A stretch of DNA of 63,016 bases, the filler included, from Asterionella formosa (Eukaryota), in NCBI GenBank assembly GCA_002256025.1. It is 26 parts of 26 records of this genome, joined end to end, with 100 filler letters (N's around TTAATTAATTAA, not from the genome) between each part and the next. Parts side by side here need not be neighbours in the genome. Positions count along the whole stretch, not along the records: positions 12,193 to 14,527 come from NKIB01015414.1; positions 14,628 to 16,961 come from NKIB01015415.1; positions 17,062 to 19,394 come from NKIB01015416.1; positions 19,495 to 21,826 come from NKIB01015417.1; positions 21,927 to 24,256 come from NKIB01015418.1; positions 24,357 to 26,684 come from NKIB01015419.1; 20 more parts are not named here. One strand, written 5' to 3'. The position numbers and the translations under genes are program-made. The notes under the pieces were generated by a model. It did not search any database and was not told the origin of the DNA. It worked only from the letters and a program-made list of their open reading frames with translations. How positions within the stretch are numbered: the stretch's first letter is position 1; every line of letters begins with the position of its first letter. Below are positions 12,093-25,339 of this stretch, piece after piece.

Positions 12093-12736
12093 NNNNNNNN
12101 NNNNNNNNNNNNNNNNNNNNNNNNNNNNNNNNNNNNTTAATTAATTAANNNNNNNNNNNNNNNNNNNNNNNNNNNNNNNNNNNNNNNNNNNNGTTGGATC
12201 AGCAGTAGACAACTCAACAATATCTTCGACGTCCTCATCAGCTACAACGCATTGCTTCTCTTCCGAATCAATGCGAATAGAGGCAGCATCAGAAGTTTCA
12301 GCCGTACCCACTACTTTGCTGCTCATTGCGCCAATTAATCGAGATATAGTCGATGTCGGAAGATTGGTATAGAGATGAGCGGACTACTGATTCTTGTATG
12401 ACTCACGAAGCTGAAAGGTAATGTATACAGAGTACCGTAGTATATATATAACAAAAAATAGTTGGCGCAATATTTAATAGTGTTGTGCTTGCGTATTTAC
12501 AGTTATTTTATCAGTGGCAACGGACGTGATACACAGTGATCAACGGCTTGATCAGTGATACAGCATTGGTCAGGGGTCCAAAAACTGTATCAGTGATACA
12601 CCCATGATACACCGGTGATCAGACCAAAAAAACCGTTGGTGATACACAAAAAAAAACCAAACCGCCATTTTTGTATCATATTTCGGCGATGATACACCAA
12701 TGACAACAAATAACAGAATGATAAGAACGGCCCTTA

Positions 12737-13669
12737 GGGTCGTTCTCATCATTCCGAATTTGCTGTGTCATTTCCGGGTTGTGGGCAAAAAATGACGGTT
12801 GGTATCAAAACACGGTATCAGCAACGGTAACTTGATGGTATCAATTTTGTATGATACCTTTTTTTGCCCCCTCCGAAAACGGTATCAGTGATACTGACGT
12901 TTTCACGCCGGTATCATTTCCGTTGTCACTGATAAAATAACCCCGAAAATACGCCTGCAGGGCAGTACTTTTATTGACATCTATATAATATACACAAAAA
13001 TTATTATGGTGTGCATCAAAGAAGCACAATACAATCATTATAGCGGCCGTGTGTCGTAATGTTCAGCCAGAACACCAAAGAACGAAAACCACTAGGACGA
13101 AAACCACTGAGTCGAGAATTGAACAGATTGAGTCATGTGCATAGAGACATACCCGCTATCTAATTACAGGAACCTGGTACCCTGGTACCTGGTCCGGGAA
13201 TTCATGACAAGGTACTAGGCAATAGAATACGAAAATGATCACGTGACTACGACACATACTAGCTTTGCAAATACTTTGGCTTTGGTTGTCACTACCGGTA
13301 CATTCTACCTGGTACTATCACTCGTCCAGCACGTACTAGGCAATAGAATACGAAAATGATCACGTGACTACAACAAATACATGTGCAAATACAATTGACT
13401 ACCGGTATACTAGTCCATACACATAATTCGCGTAGATTTCTTCCATGGTTTGAGGACTGGTTTGGTATAATTATGTACCTGTAGTCAGGAAGGAAAAGCA
13501 CATGTTTGTAGCCAGCCCGTAACCGTTGAATTTTCGTGATACTTTTTGGTGATACAATTTCATTTTTATTTTTGTGGAGAATGGATTTTTTCGGTTTAAA
13601 TCGAGCAGCCGTTTCATGATACTTTTTCCAAAAAAAATGATACCAAATCGAAAATGACAAGAACGACCC
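12737..13669. mobile_element. Complete non-autonomous PIF/Harbinger (Tourist-like) element, 933 bp
   Basis: TIRs GGGTCGTTCTCATCATT and AATGACAAGAACGACCC (15/17), flanked by TTA on both sides (12734-36, 13670-72), with many subterminal TGATAC/GTATCA motifs. The same TIR lies upstream of the Harbinger transposase at 39227/39260. Confidence 0.8.
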
Positions 13670-14169
13670 TTAGGGTCGTTCTTGTCATTTTCACTTATGC
13701 CATCTTTGTCGTACATTCAGGACCAACAACTTGTCGATCAAAATTGCTACACTTTGTATATACCACTGCCCTGGTTTCTTTGTCTTTGCTATGCATATAT
13801 GAATATATAGCCAGTCAAAGATGGATAAATTGTATCGGACAAGAAAAGAATTTCATACCGCAGCCGGCCGATCATTTCGCGATCAGCAGGGGCTGGTACC
13901 AGGTACCAGGTACCTGGTACCTGGCTGATACCTGGTGGCCGATACACCGGTAGGCATGAGGATGGGTTGTCGATTTATATACTGTACAGTGTATGGAATA
14001 GAAGGCAAGTCAATGCGGTACTGGTTGTGCATTTGCAAAGATTGTGAATGAACTTCCAGGTACCGGTATATGACGGTATATGATGACTGAATAAAGAAAA
14101 GAACAATGTATTTTTTGGTGTTCTCATTGTTTTTTTCCTATTATTATGGCTCCTGCATTTAAACCCTAA

Positions 14170-14422
14170 TGGTCGTTCTTATCATTTTCGATTTGGTATC
14201 ATTTTTTTCAAAAAGTATCATGTAACGGCTACTCGATTTAAACCGAAAAAATCCATTCTCCACAAAAATAAAAATGAAATTGTATCACCCAAAAAGTATC
14301 ACGAAAATTCAATGGTTAAGGGCTGGCTACAATCATGTGCATATCCCTCCAGGCTTCCCTCCAGACTAGTTCGATAATTTTCCATTACTAAAACCATGTA
14401 GGAAAACTACGCGTATTATGTA
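14170..14422. mobile_element. Further Harbinger-family end; inverted copy of ~13420-13669
   Basis: TAA at 14167-69, then TGGTCGTTCTTATCATTTTCGATTTGGTATC..., the reverse complement of the right ~250 bp of the 12737-13669 element. Confidence 0.75.
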
Positions 14423-14627
14423 GCAGTATGGAATATATAGCTGACATACCTGCTTAATTCTTGATTTGCCATGAGTCAACACAGACATGCAAGATCCTCT
14501 ATACACTTCTTCTTACACTTCCGCTTGNNNNNNNNNNNNNNNNNNNNNNNNNNNNNNNNNNNNNNNNNNNNTTAATTAATTAANNNNNNNNNNNNNNNNN
14601 NNNNNNNNNNNNNNNNNNNNNNNNNNN

Positions 14628-15222
14628 TTCCAATCAACTCAAGACCAAAGACATGATTCACTGTTACAGTGGGAGCTGAGGACGGTGACACTGTTGGTTG
14701 GGCATCCAAAGTTGGGAAGAACAGCAGCTCTGCCTCACGCTCTGCAATGATCCTTGGGGCGCGTCGTGTTTCTCCAACAGTGCGGACCACATGAGTCTGA
14801 CCGATTTCTGTGTACCCAAGCCACCTTGTTTCCACCTGGCATGCGTTTTGGACCCACACACATTGACCACAAAGCGTCTCTGTATTGCATGTGCCTGGTG
14901 TACTTAAGGAAGGACAGATTTGATCACAGCCCAATGGCACAGTCGTTGGAACATTAGTAGGATTTGCGGTTGGACTTGTTGTGGGTGCTACCGTTGTTGG
15001 TTTTAGTGTTGTGGGTGCTACCGTTGTTGGGTTTAGTGTTGTGGGTGCTACCGTTGTCGGTTTCAGTGTTGTGGGTGCTACCGTTGTCGGTTTTAGTGTT
15101 GTGGGTGCTATTGTTGTCGTTGCGGCGAACGCGCTGGTTAGTAAGCACAGAGTTATCGCAATGCCCAGCCGATAGGCAGGGTATTGCAATGAAGAAGTAG
15201 TAAAGGGGTGAATAATTGGCAT
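14628..15222 (-). CDS. Secreted mucin-like Pro/Thr-repeat protein with a Cys-rich module, 3' partial
   Basis: Hydrophobic signal (LGIAITLCLLTSAFA), about 4.5 copies of APTTLKPTTV (30-bp tandem at ~14977-15115), then CDQIC..C..C..C.W..C. Introns are possible downstream. Confidence 0.7.
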
Positions 15223-16851
15223 TGTTCACGTATTTAATTGCGAGCAATTTATGAGAAGGATCTAATTTCAAAGCAATTTTCTAACTAGTGCATCATCTAC
15301 TTGTACAACGTGTCAAAAAATATACTTTGTAATAATAGTTCGGGCCCTTTCCACTGAAATGAAACCTGGGCTAGAAACGCCTGTGTGAAACTATCCTTTG
15401 CTCGAAATGCATTTTCATGTTTTGGACATTATTTCAAACGTTACTTAAGCAATTATTTCTTTTTGGAGTCATTATAAATATCTGAACTTACAACAGTCAT
15501 TTCATGAGCCTCCGGACATATTTATAGATCACTTCGCGAGAACTGCAAAATGTCTTGTGTCCAGAACCTGTACAAAGCGGATCCAAAGGTCATTTTGAAT
15601 TTGTCTCACATAAATCAGTCTCCCGATTTACTTTCATGTACCACGTCAAATGCATCCACTTTAACATCGCGTATTCAATTTGATATCTATGACACTTTTG
15701 TCCTATCATTTGTGATTCATCTATTTTTGATGGTGATTGCTACTGCTCTAATAAAAGTACAAATTCGACAATGTTGGATGACCCTTCAAATCATGTACCG
15801 GTACCCGGTATGCAAAACATATGCTAAATTTCCAACATACTACAAGCTACGGGCGGCTACCCTGTTTTCTCTCTGCTGGGCACCAAGCCATAGCGATTTT
15901 TGTAAACTTTACTTCCACAACAAGACCACCAAAAACAATTCACTGCCCCCCCTGATGTGGGCCAGCCATCGATCACAAAGACCACGACTCTAGAAATAGA
16001 GTACCAGGGTACCTGGTACCGGTACCGGTAGTATAAGAATGCGCTATAAAAATGATTCATTTATATATATATAAAGATACATGAATGGATGATCCCATCG
16101 TCCCGAACTGGAGTTGTCACATGTAAATTCTGTCCAAACGATCCACTCCAACGCACTACTATCATCATTTTAAGAGGTAACAGGTACTACTACCTTGGAC
16201 TATCGGAACCGACAATAAGGCACGAACCAGCAAGCAAGAATCTGGCCGAATCGAAGCAGTTTGTATGTGGAGGTACCAGGTACCTGGCACTAGGTAAAAT
16301 CGAGTACAATCCAGTTCGAGTGAAACCTTGATAGCAACTCAACTCTTTTATGTTAGACATCCCAGGACTGCGCGCTGCAGCGATCACATGCATTTAATCA
16401 GATCATTAATATTCTAAATATAAATATGTGATATAGCTATCTATATATATTCAAATTTACAAAATGTTAGTTGTAAAATGCGAGATAATACCATGTACCA
16501 GGTACCTGAGTACCGGTATCTACAGGTTCGCAGACATGATCCTACCAGGGTGGTACCAAGTACCTGGTACCGGCATACAAACAGGTAGGAGTCACAGGTA
16601 TCTGGTAGAACGATCCACACTGCCTTCTATGATTCTTGATGCATTTACCGGTATTGTATGTACAAGTCCTTATCGTCCTTTAAATACACTCTCAGGCCAA
16701 TATACCAGGTATGCATTAAATATGAGCAAGGAAAACTCATCCAACAAAGACAAAAACAAAATTCAGGTCCTGCTTGTTCAACAACAAGATCCTGTCGGTA
16801 CTCAAACTAAGTCTGCTCTCACTCCAAGGTTGCCGGAACATCTTAAGCGAA

Positions 16852-16961
16852 ATGAAGGTGCTTTGCTTTCCCCTTGCGCTGTTGATTGCGCTCTCGTCAT
16901 GTGCAAGCATCGTCAATGGACTCAATGCCAATGATACGGATGAATTTACCTACGGAGCAAC
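16852..16961 (+). CDS. 5' fragment of a signal-peptide protein
   Basis: MKVLCFPLALLIALSSCASIVNG.. is open to the contig end; too short to assign a family. Confidence 0.45.
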
Positions 16962-18691
16962 NNNNNNNNNNNNNNNNNNNNNNNNNNNNNNNNNNNNNNN
17001 NNNNNTTAATTAATTAANNNNNNNNNNNNNNNNNNNNNNNNNNNNNNNNNNNNNNNNNNNNGGGGTTTGTTGAAAAGGGTGATGCTGTTGTGGTTGTCAC
17101 GATGGAGGATGGTGATGCCATTGAGGGTAGTAGTACTTTGGGACGACGTGCAACTATGATGATTTTAAGTGTCGCATAAACCAGTTTTTTCTTGTCGTTC
17201 TTTGACTGCCCTAACGAGGATTTTCGGATCGTGTTTTTTTTGGATATCATGTATCACATGAATTCATGCATGATGTAGTAGTGTGTTACTCCGTACGATT
17301 TACCGGTATGTAATAATTATATCTGTTGCTTGCAGCAAAAAGGTTGTGCCAGCAGTCACATTAATTTTGCGCCAGCCCAGCTCAGTACCTCTGCTCCTGG
17401 CTTGGGTCACACCTACCCAGTAGGTCCCGGTACCAGGTACCAGGTCCAGTAACCGAATCTTGGACTTGGAAGTCTAATATTTTTGGCGGAAAGCCTGCCT
17501 TCCTCCAATATATTTTTGGAGGAACGAACGCTTGCCTTCCTCCAGTTGGCTTTTGTTTGTAGGGGGGGAAGTCATCAATTTTCAGACTCTGCCTTAACAT
17601 ATTTGCACAACGCTCCATGATATTGGCACAGGGCGGGTTGTCTACCCGGTAGATTAGTCGTCAGCAATGCAATGAATGCCTGACGACGATGATGGTCTAT
17701 TACTGCCCTACTGGCATTACAGATTATATAGTATCAGCAACATGTGCATTTACAACATGCATCAATACGTTAGATTGCATCATTTGCATAATAGGCCGTC
17801 GGCGTCTGTGGTATTTCCTGCGAGTTGTTATGTATCATAGCTACGATACAAAGGCATATGACATCATGTGCCGGCACAGGTAATATTGGTACTGTGGTAT
17901 TACCAGGTACCCCGGATTATATTATTAAGACGCCCGGATGTACCATACCTGGTACCACGTTTCAAAACTAGATGGCCTCCTCGCGGCTGAAACAGACATG
18001 CTGCCGCAAGGACAATAACATTTGTTATAGTGAGCAATTTATTTAATGAATCCTAACTGATATATACAGACGCAAAGTTTTTTGGTACATATACACAACA
18101 AACCGCAGCAGCTTTTTGTACAAGGGAACTACCGGTGTATTTTATAGTATGTACAGTGATGGATTTTAGTCATTCTGCCACAGCACAGGACACTCAGCAG
18201 AGTTATGTGAACGATGTGTAGCCGTGGAAGGTACTGGTACCCTGGTACCAGGAGTACAAGTTACTCCAACCTCTTACCTGGTACATACCACCAGGCACCG
18301 TCCTCTGGTTGACAAATGAGACATAACCGCACTGAGACCAAAGGTCAGCAAAACCTGGCCATGCCTCTTTCTTCATAGTACCTGGCAGTAGGTACTGTAC
18401 ATACATCGGTTTACCGCAGGGTATGTACTAATTTAGATAACTCCGCCCTACATATCACATTCAACAGTCGTTGCACTCTGACATAATATATGGTCATATA
18501 TATACTCGCCTAATAGTGGACAAATAACACAATTTTTCCTCTTGTTTTCTGTTTGAGTTTTCCTGCCTCAGCTGTCATCACTGGAGTGTGTGTGTGTTTG
18601 GTTGTTTGTGTTTGTGTTTGTATTTGATCCCAAACACTACATGATTTCAGGGTATCCTCAGTTAGTTTTAGCAGCTGCCGCCACACGAACG

Positions 18692-19394
18692 ATGAGTACC
18701 GGGACCAGTGCTGAAACTAGTAGGGATCCATCGTGCTGGCGTGACAGTGCTACTACTCCAAAAGGTACCACGACTACCGGGAGGAGCTCTTGGGAACACT
18801 CAATCGCTTCCAATTCATCGCGAGACATGTTGCATGACTCCATGACCTTGTCACAAGTCTTTCATACATCCGGGAGCTCACGGACAGGAGGTTTCAATAG
18901 TACCAGTTGCAGTTTGGGCGAACCATCACGAGGACAAGGGTCATTATCATCATCCACGTCTAATGTCCATGCCTATAATGCCCATGCTACTACCGCTGTC
19001 CTCAAGTCGTCAACTACGCTCGGTGATCATTTAGGGGGAAGACGCAGAGCTGCTTCGTTGACCAGGAGCTCTGCCAAGTCCTTGAGTGAGGTGGAAACAC
19101 AGCGAAGGCAATCAGACGTTGTTTCGGCACGACGACTAGGATCGTACGACGATGTCAAGTCACTTGGGAATATCGCAGAAGCCAAGCGACACAGTAAAAA
19201 GGAAAAGAAGAAGAAACCCGCCTCCCCTTCCTCCAAGTCGAGCAAACGAGAAAAAGAAAAAACAGAATCCAAGTCCTTGTCAGACTTACTGTCGGCCCGT
19301 GACGGTACTCAACACCGTGACAACTTTTTAAGCTCGAGAAGCACAAAGCTATCAACGATTCCCTCTCAGCGAAGATTAATGGACAATGACGGCA
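18692..19394 (+). CDS. Ser/Lys-rich low-complexity hypothetical protein, 3' partial
   Basis: Long open frame from ATG 18692 (MSTGTSAETS..) with a basic NLS-like stretch KKEKKKKP. Confidence 0.6.
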
Positions 19395-19734
19395 NNNNNN
19401 NNNNNNNNNNNNNNNNNNNNNNNNNNNNNNNNNNNNNNTTAATTAATTAANNNNNNNNNNNNNNNNNNNNNNNNNNNNNNNNNNNNNNNNNNNNTAACAC
19501 TCGTACGTAGACGAAATTTCGAAAAGTCAAATGAATTATTTGAAACATCAACTAATTCAGTCTCGCGTTCAAAATTCATTGTGAAAACTTCACATGAAAC
19601 AGTTAAAACTTCACATGAAACCGTTAAAAGTAATCTTTTTTACGTGAAGAGTGGCATTAATGCATGTGAAGTACCACATAATTAACACTCATACGTAGAC
19701 GAAATTTCGAAAAGTGGCGTATTTCGCGGCTTAG

Positions 19735-21826
19735 ATGGAGTCTCACAATCGAAATTGTAGCAACCGTGTTTTTTATGCATATGGTCACTGTCGACATTGC
19801 ATGCAGGAACATCGAGTTCCTGGAATACATAGTGAAACTATGTATTGCGGTAGTGCATCTAATCATTCAAGGAAAGAAGTTAATGATGGCAGTGTAACTG
19901 CTGCAGCATTTAGGGAGATTAGACAAGAAGAGATTATGTGTCCTATCCTTGAATCAAGTGACCACAATCATCCACTTCATGACGACAGCGACGATTCAGT
20001 TTATAACAATATTCAGTCACAACAGGACAAACAATTGAGACTAAAAACTCTCCAAGGGTTGAATTCAGAAACCATGCAATATTCAGATTTTCAAGATCGC
20101 ACCGACTTTCTCCCTGAAAATGCAATGGACATGCCCCTTCCTCCTCTATTTCAACTTCCAAGTAAACATTCTCTGAACATGCATCCAATTGAATTAGAAC
20201 TCATGTTATTCCTCAACGAGAATTATCTTCCACAAGTTTACTTTGATCATCTAATGAAATGGCTGTTCAAGGCAAAAGCAATGAAATATTTTGATGGAAG
20301 GTATCAAGCTCCATCCTACCAGACTTTGAAAAAACGCATGGATATTTCATTTCAACCAACATTAGCTGGTGTTCAACTGTTGACCAAACAAATAAAGATT
20401 GATAACAATTCAAATATGATCATCCCACGCACACTCCATTATTTCGAACCAGTACAGCTCATGGCAGGATTGCTACGTGATTCCGATATCATGCAACATT
20501 TTGTACGTCACCCACAAGTGAAACTTACAACTTGTGGAGAACGCATATATGACGAAGTAACTTCTGCGACTTGGTTTGGAAATGCATTCAACAATTCTCC
20601 TGCATCAGAAAATGGAGTGTTGAAGACAGGGTGTTTATTTGTTGCCCTAGCAGTTTTAGTGATGGTTCACCTATTGATAAACAAATGAAACATTCCGAGC
20701 ATCCGTTTTTGCTGACAATGTTAAACTTAACGTTAGAGGGAAGAAAAAAAGTTGAGGGATGGCAATTAGTATCTCTTTTGCCAGACATTGAAGTCAGTAA
20801 TCTGGAAAAACAAATCAATAATGAGTTATCTGGTGACGACTTGTCCTTATGTAGACTCAAATTATATCATTCTGTTAGAGGATTTCTATTGTCGCCTTTC
20901 GAAGATCCAAACAAGTCATACGATATTTGGGTTCATGGTCTTGGTATGACAAAAGTTTATTTCCAGATTGGAATGATCATTGGTGATACAGAAGAACACA
21001 ATAAAATTTGTGGCTTCAGGGGTGTTAATGGATTATATCGACGATATGTTTGTCGTGATTGCCAAGTTTCAACTGAGGATGCTGATAATCCAGATATTGG
21101 ATGTGAACGTCGTAAAGTGTCAGATGTTAAAATGTTTCTACACAAGTTTCTTGACAAAAATGCATATCCCGATGGAAAATTAGCTACCATGTATCCCACC
21201 TGAGTATTGTGTCTCCCAATCTAATGGCAAATACGCAACAGCAAACGAGTGGTGCCGTGTTATAACGCATAATCCTATTATGCCTGCACTAATAAATCAT
21301 TTTTTTGGTGGTGACTTTGAAGGATTATTTGGTGCAACTCCATTTGAGGTTCGCTCTTCATCAATTACTACTTGGAATATTTAAGTACTACATTTTGGAA
21401 TCTTTGTACAATTATTGGACTATCCCTGAAGAATGGACATGTTTTTTTTAAGAAAGAAAATCTCCAGATATTGCAGAAAACATCTCCAATCATAAACGTA
21501 ACACTGAAACAACAGACTCTGCTTTTCTTGATCAAGAGCAACCGAAGAAACGGGCAAAGACCAAAAAGGACACACGCACCAGTTATCAAGAATATCTACA
21601 CTGGCAAAAATCAAGACCCAACACTTGTACCAGCACCAGAAATGTATTTTCGAAACTATACTTCGAACAAAGTGCTAGATATATCAATAGTCATTTGGAA
21701 AGGCAAAGCGATCGTGATATTCCAAAATTGTCATACAGATCTGGGATGACAGCTTTGTCGAAAATTTCAGGGCAAGAAATTCCCGGATTATGTCTGTTAA
21801 CTGTTTATTCAATGGGTGGAATGATG
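19735..21826 (+). mobile_element. Plavaka-like transposase pseudogene, 3' truncated
   Basis: Across frameshifts: RIYDEVTSATWF, FSDGS, HPFLLTMLNL, RLKLYH, IIGDTEEHNKICG, CRDC, FGATPFE-LHQLLLG and RQSDRDIP..SG..ISGQEIPG. Motif order matches Plavaka-family transposases. Confidence 0.7.
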
Positions 21827-22104
21827 NNNNNNNNNNNNNNNNNNNNNNNNNNNNNNNNNNNNNNNNNNNNTTAATTAATTAANNNNNNNNNNNNNNNNNN
21901 NNNNNNNNNNNNNNNNNNNNNNNNNNATAGTCCTGCTTTAGAAATTATAAATCGATTACCATGTCAAATCAACATTGCATTCATGATTCTTACCTTGTTT
22001 CATTTATCTACTAGATACACCATCAAATGTGCGGTTCATCACTGAATCCTATCGAGATAATAGAGAAGCATTTTTGTCAGCTCATCGAAAGAAAAATGGT
22101 AAAC

Positions 22105-22420
22105 GAACAAGGCAAAATAACATACCCAGAAAAGCGACAACAAGGATGGCTTAGAAACAACCCCATTCTTGTATGAATCTTCACTGTGATTTTGGAAATG
22201 GCCCTAGTATAGGAAACAAGGAGGTAGAAGTTTGAGAAGTAGAAGCTTGGGAAGTTAAACCAATGGCAAGAAGAAACAAAAACAACATACCCAAAAGGCG
22301 CCGACTACAGGGGCTTTAAAACAACCCACATTCTTCATTGAATCTTGAATATTCAGTCATGAGAGGCTATAAATTAGAAAGGATGTAGGGGTATGAGAAG
22401 AAGAAGCTCGGAAAAGAAGA
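22105..22420. repeat. Degenerate tandem duplication, period ~165 bp
   Basis: aacataccca..gctt..aaacaacc..cattctt..tgaatctt..tgagaag.agaagct.gg occurs twice. Confidence 0.6.
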
Positions 22421-23634
22421 ACGATTGCGTTAAACTTACCACACAGAGGCCATCTTTGTCATCGTAAATTTTCCTTTCGACAAGACGATTTTTCAATTAT
22501 GTGTTGTCAGGATGATACTGATAGAGTATTTAATTAATTGAAAATGGGCGCGGACACGGTTGTGCTCATATGACATACTAATAGAATGTACCATACTACC
22601 GTAGTGCAGTAAAATGAACACACTAAATACTGGCGCGGTCTGCAGTGTGGTACGAGTCTACCATGAGGACCACCAATTTACCGCCCTTCAACTACCGGTA
22701 CCAGGTAGTACCGGTAAAAAAATAGATACATCGGAAAATAAGGCAGTGGTGAGTATGGCTGGATTCATGTTCAGGGTACCTGGTACCAGTACCTGTATCC
22801 CCCCTCGTAAGCGCTACCAAGTATTTTATTTAGCTCACATGATGCAATTTTTTTCATATACAAAACACTGCAGTGTAGTCGTCATGATCGGCTGGAGCAT
22901 CCTGCAGCATGTCGTTTAAGCCTTGACCATGACGAAAATAGCGGAAATCTCTACGAAAACTGAGAGCGACGCTTTCCTATTCGGAACATGTGTCAAGCAA
23001 AACATAGACAATACAATCGTAAAAGAATAACTGTAATAACACTAAAATTGACGATGAAAATTAAAGTCGCCGATGGCGCCATTTTTATGTAGCTAATTTA
23101 GAAATGCACAATTGAAGATGACAATCTTTCTAAGGAATTCGACTCTTTCACAGTAGCTGAAAAATGAATAATACTACGGCTATGACAATAGCATGATGAG
23201 TTGAAGCTTAAGATGTGAAAATCGATCTTTATCAAGTGAGAATTGATTTATTGATTGTACCGGCAATATGTGTAGTCGTTAATGCAGGTATCAGTGCCGA
23301 CAAAGCAATGTATTATTCTTTGGCAGTTGATACCAAAAAAAATTTGAAAGCAGAAAAAATAATAATTGAATCTATATTGGGGACTATTAATATATTTATT
23401 TGGTGAAACCAGCGTAATATTGCTGCGAAGTAGCATACTTTTGCCATCATACTGTAGCAACGGCTAGTTGGTCAGTGAATATTTTTGCAAACACACATAA
23501 TTATTGGTTTGATCACATAATTATGCGATAAGTGAAATAAATTTTGTTTTAGATCACATAAATTCTGGTTTGACCCAAATAAATTCCGGAAAAAGTAGCA
23601 TAATATTTTAGAAAAGTAGCATAAATAAGTCACT

Positions 23635-24256
23635 TTAGACATAAATTCGAAAAAGTGCCGTAAACGGCGTCTTAGATGTTGTTCCTTGATTGTTTTTTCT
23701 TTTTGCACGTGTTCTAACTGTTTCGAAATTAATATTGACAGCAGGAGGAATACCAAGCGCCTCCTTTTCTCTCAATATTATACAGGCAAGTGTATTTCTC
23801 TTCACTCGTGATTCTCCTCCTCCTTTTTCTTTTCCCTCTTCTCTCACCCTCATATATTCTGCTGCCGAATTGGAAATACATTCTTTCACTTTTTCTGCCA
23901 TGATGGAGCTGGCTACTGCGGTTGTTCCCTTTGGACAACCACCATAGGGCAGGGTTCTAGTGGCAGAAATGGTGCTGCTACTTTCAGTTGATGCAGTAGT
24001 AGTGCTGGCAGGAGGCGAACTAGAACTTGTAGACATAATCATAGTATTAATGGAAGAATGATAATGAATTTTTCTGCTATAGCTGTAATTTTCTACACCT
24101 TCCATTGTCAGCATAGATATTTCGCTTTTTTGTGATTCTTCATGCACATCCTCCTCAGCAGGCTGTTTGTCCATGCTGGTAGCTACTGGTGCCACCAGAT
24201 AACCTCAATTTCCTTAGAAAGTATTTCACTTTCTGTGTAGTCACCCATGGGACAAG
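23635..24256 (-). pseudogene. Probable DNA-transposon protein N-terminal fragment (AT-hook-like plus HTH-like)
   Basis: GGCPKGTT (cf. GGRPKG) followed by L..II..ETVRTR. The frame stops abruptly in AT-rich sequence. Confidence 0.35.
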
Positions 24257-24399
24257 NNNNNNNNNNNNNNNNNNNNNNNNNNNNNNNNNNNNNNNNNNNN
24301 TTAATTAATTAANNNNNNNNNNNNNNNNNNNNNNNNNNNNNNNNNNNNNNNNNNNNGGTCAGAGGATTCAAGCCTTCCTCCACTGGTTAAATTAACACA

Positions 24400-24560
24400 A
24401 AAAGAATTATTGCTTCAGATCTTCAATTCATTATAATCCTTGATCAATGGAATCACAAGGACTTCAGAGTACATAGACATGTTAAATTATATAACTCTTT
24501 TTGAATTCGAAGTGAAGCATCTAACTAGATGTATTAGTATTTATTGAATATAGTATGAGC
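24400..24560. repeat. Dispersed repeat shared with ~56290-56420
   Basis: actctttttgaattc.aagtgaag.atctaactaga.gta.tagtattt.ttgaatata occurs in both contigs. Confidence 0.75.
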
Positions 24561-25339
24561 TAAGCTAGTGAGTCTTTCTATCATTAGCTCACTCAATGAA
24601 GATCACATTAAAGTATAACGCATAAATCAATAGGTATAAGTTGGGTTCTCAACAGGTCGAGGTCCGATATAGTATATGACATGACCTCAACCATGTAACT
24701 TGCATAGGAATTTGCCATTATACAGGATCACTCATTTTATACCCTGGTACCAGTACCTGGTGGCTGCAAGTTGCGGTCTTTTTGCTGAAATGGACAATGT
24801 GACGCTGATCAGGCGACCATTTCATCAGAGGCACACCATGATAGAGAACAAAATCAATTGAGCAACTGTTTGAAATTGTCGGTACCACGACATAGTGAGG
24901 ATGTGGGTTTAATGCTTATTGTATTCTTCTGCTTTAAGCGGAAACGTTAAAACATGGGAAAACGGCAAAACGAATTTTTTTAATTGAGATTAACATCATA
25001 CCAACTGCCTGATGTAACTATTATATTACATGTCCGTAAGTTGCTTACTTTTTTCTTTCTTTTGTTTACTGGCTATTTGCTTTTTTTGCCATTTTGCCGC
25101 ATTTTGCCATTTTCTCATTAGGAAGGAGAAAATTAGCAGAAAACCTCCATAACAATGGCGTGATACTAACGATATCAAATAGTTAATAATATTCTTCCCA
25201 TAGAATTTATTTAGTCATCGTGCTTTCGAATACACTATGCGTCAGAAGAATTCTTCGGTGATGATGCAAGTGCTAAAGCATACTGCATCGCGCAAAAAGG
25301 TAAAGCAATACGAAAAAACTCTGTGGTATGAAACAGTGG

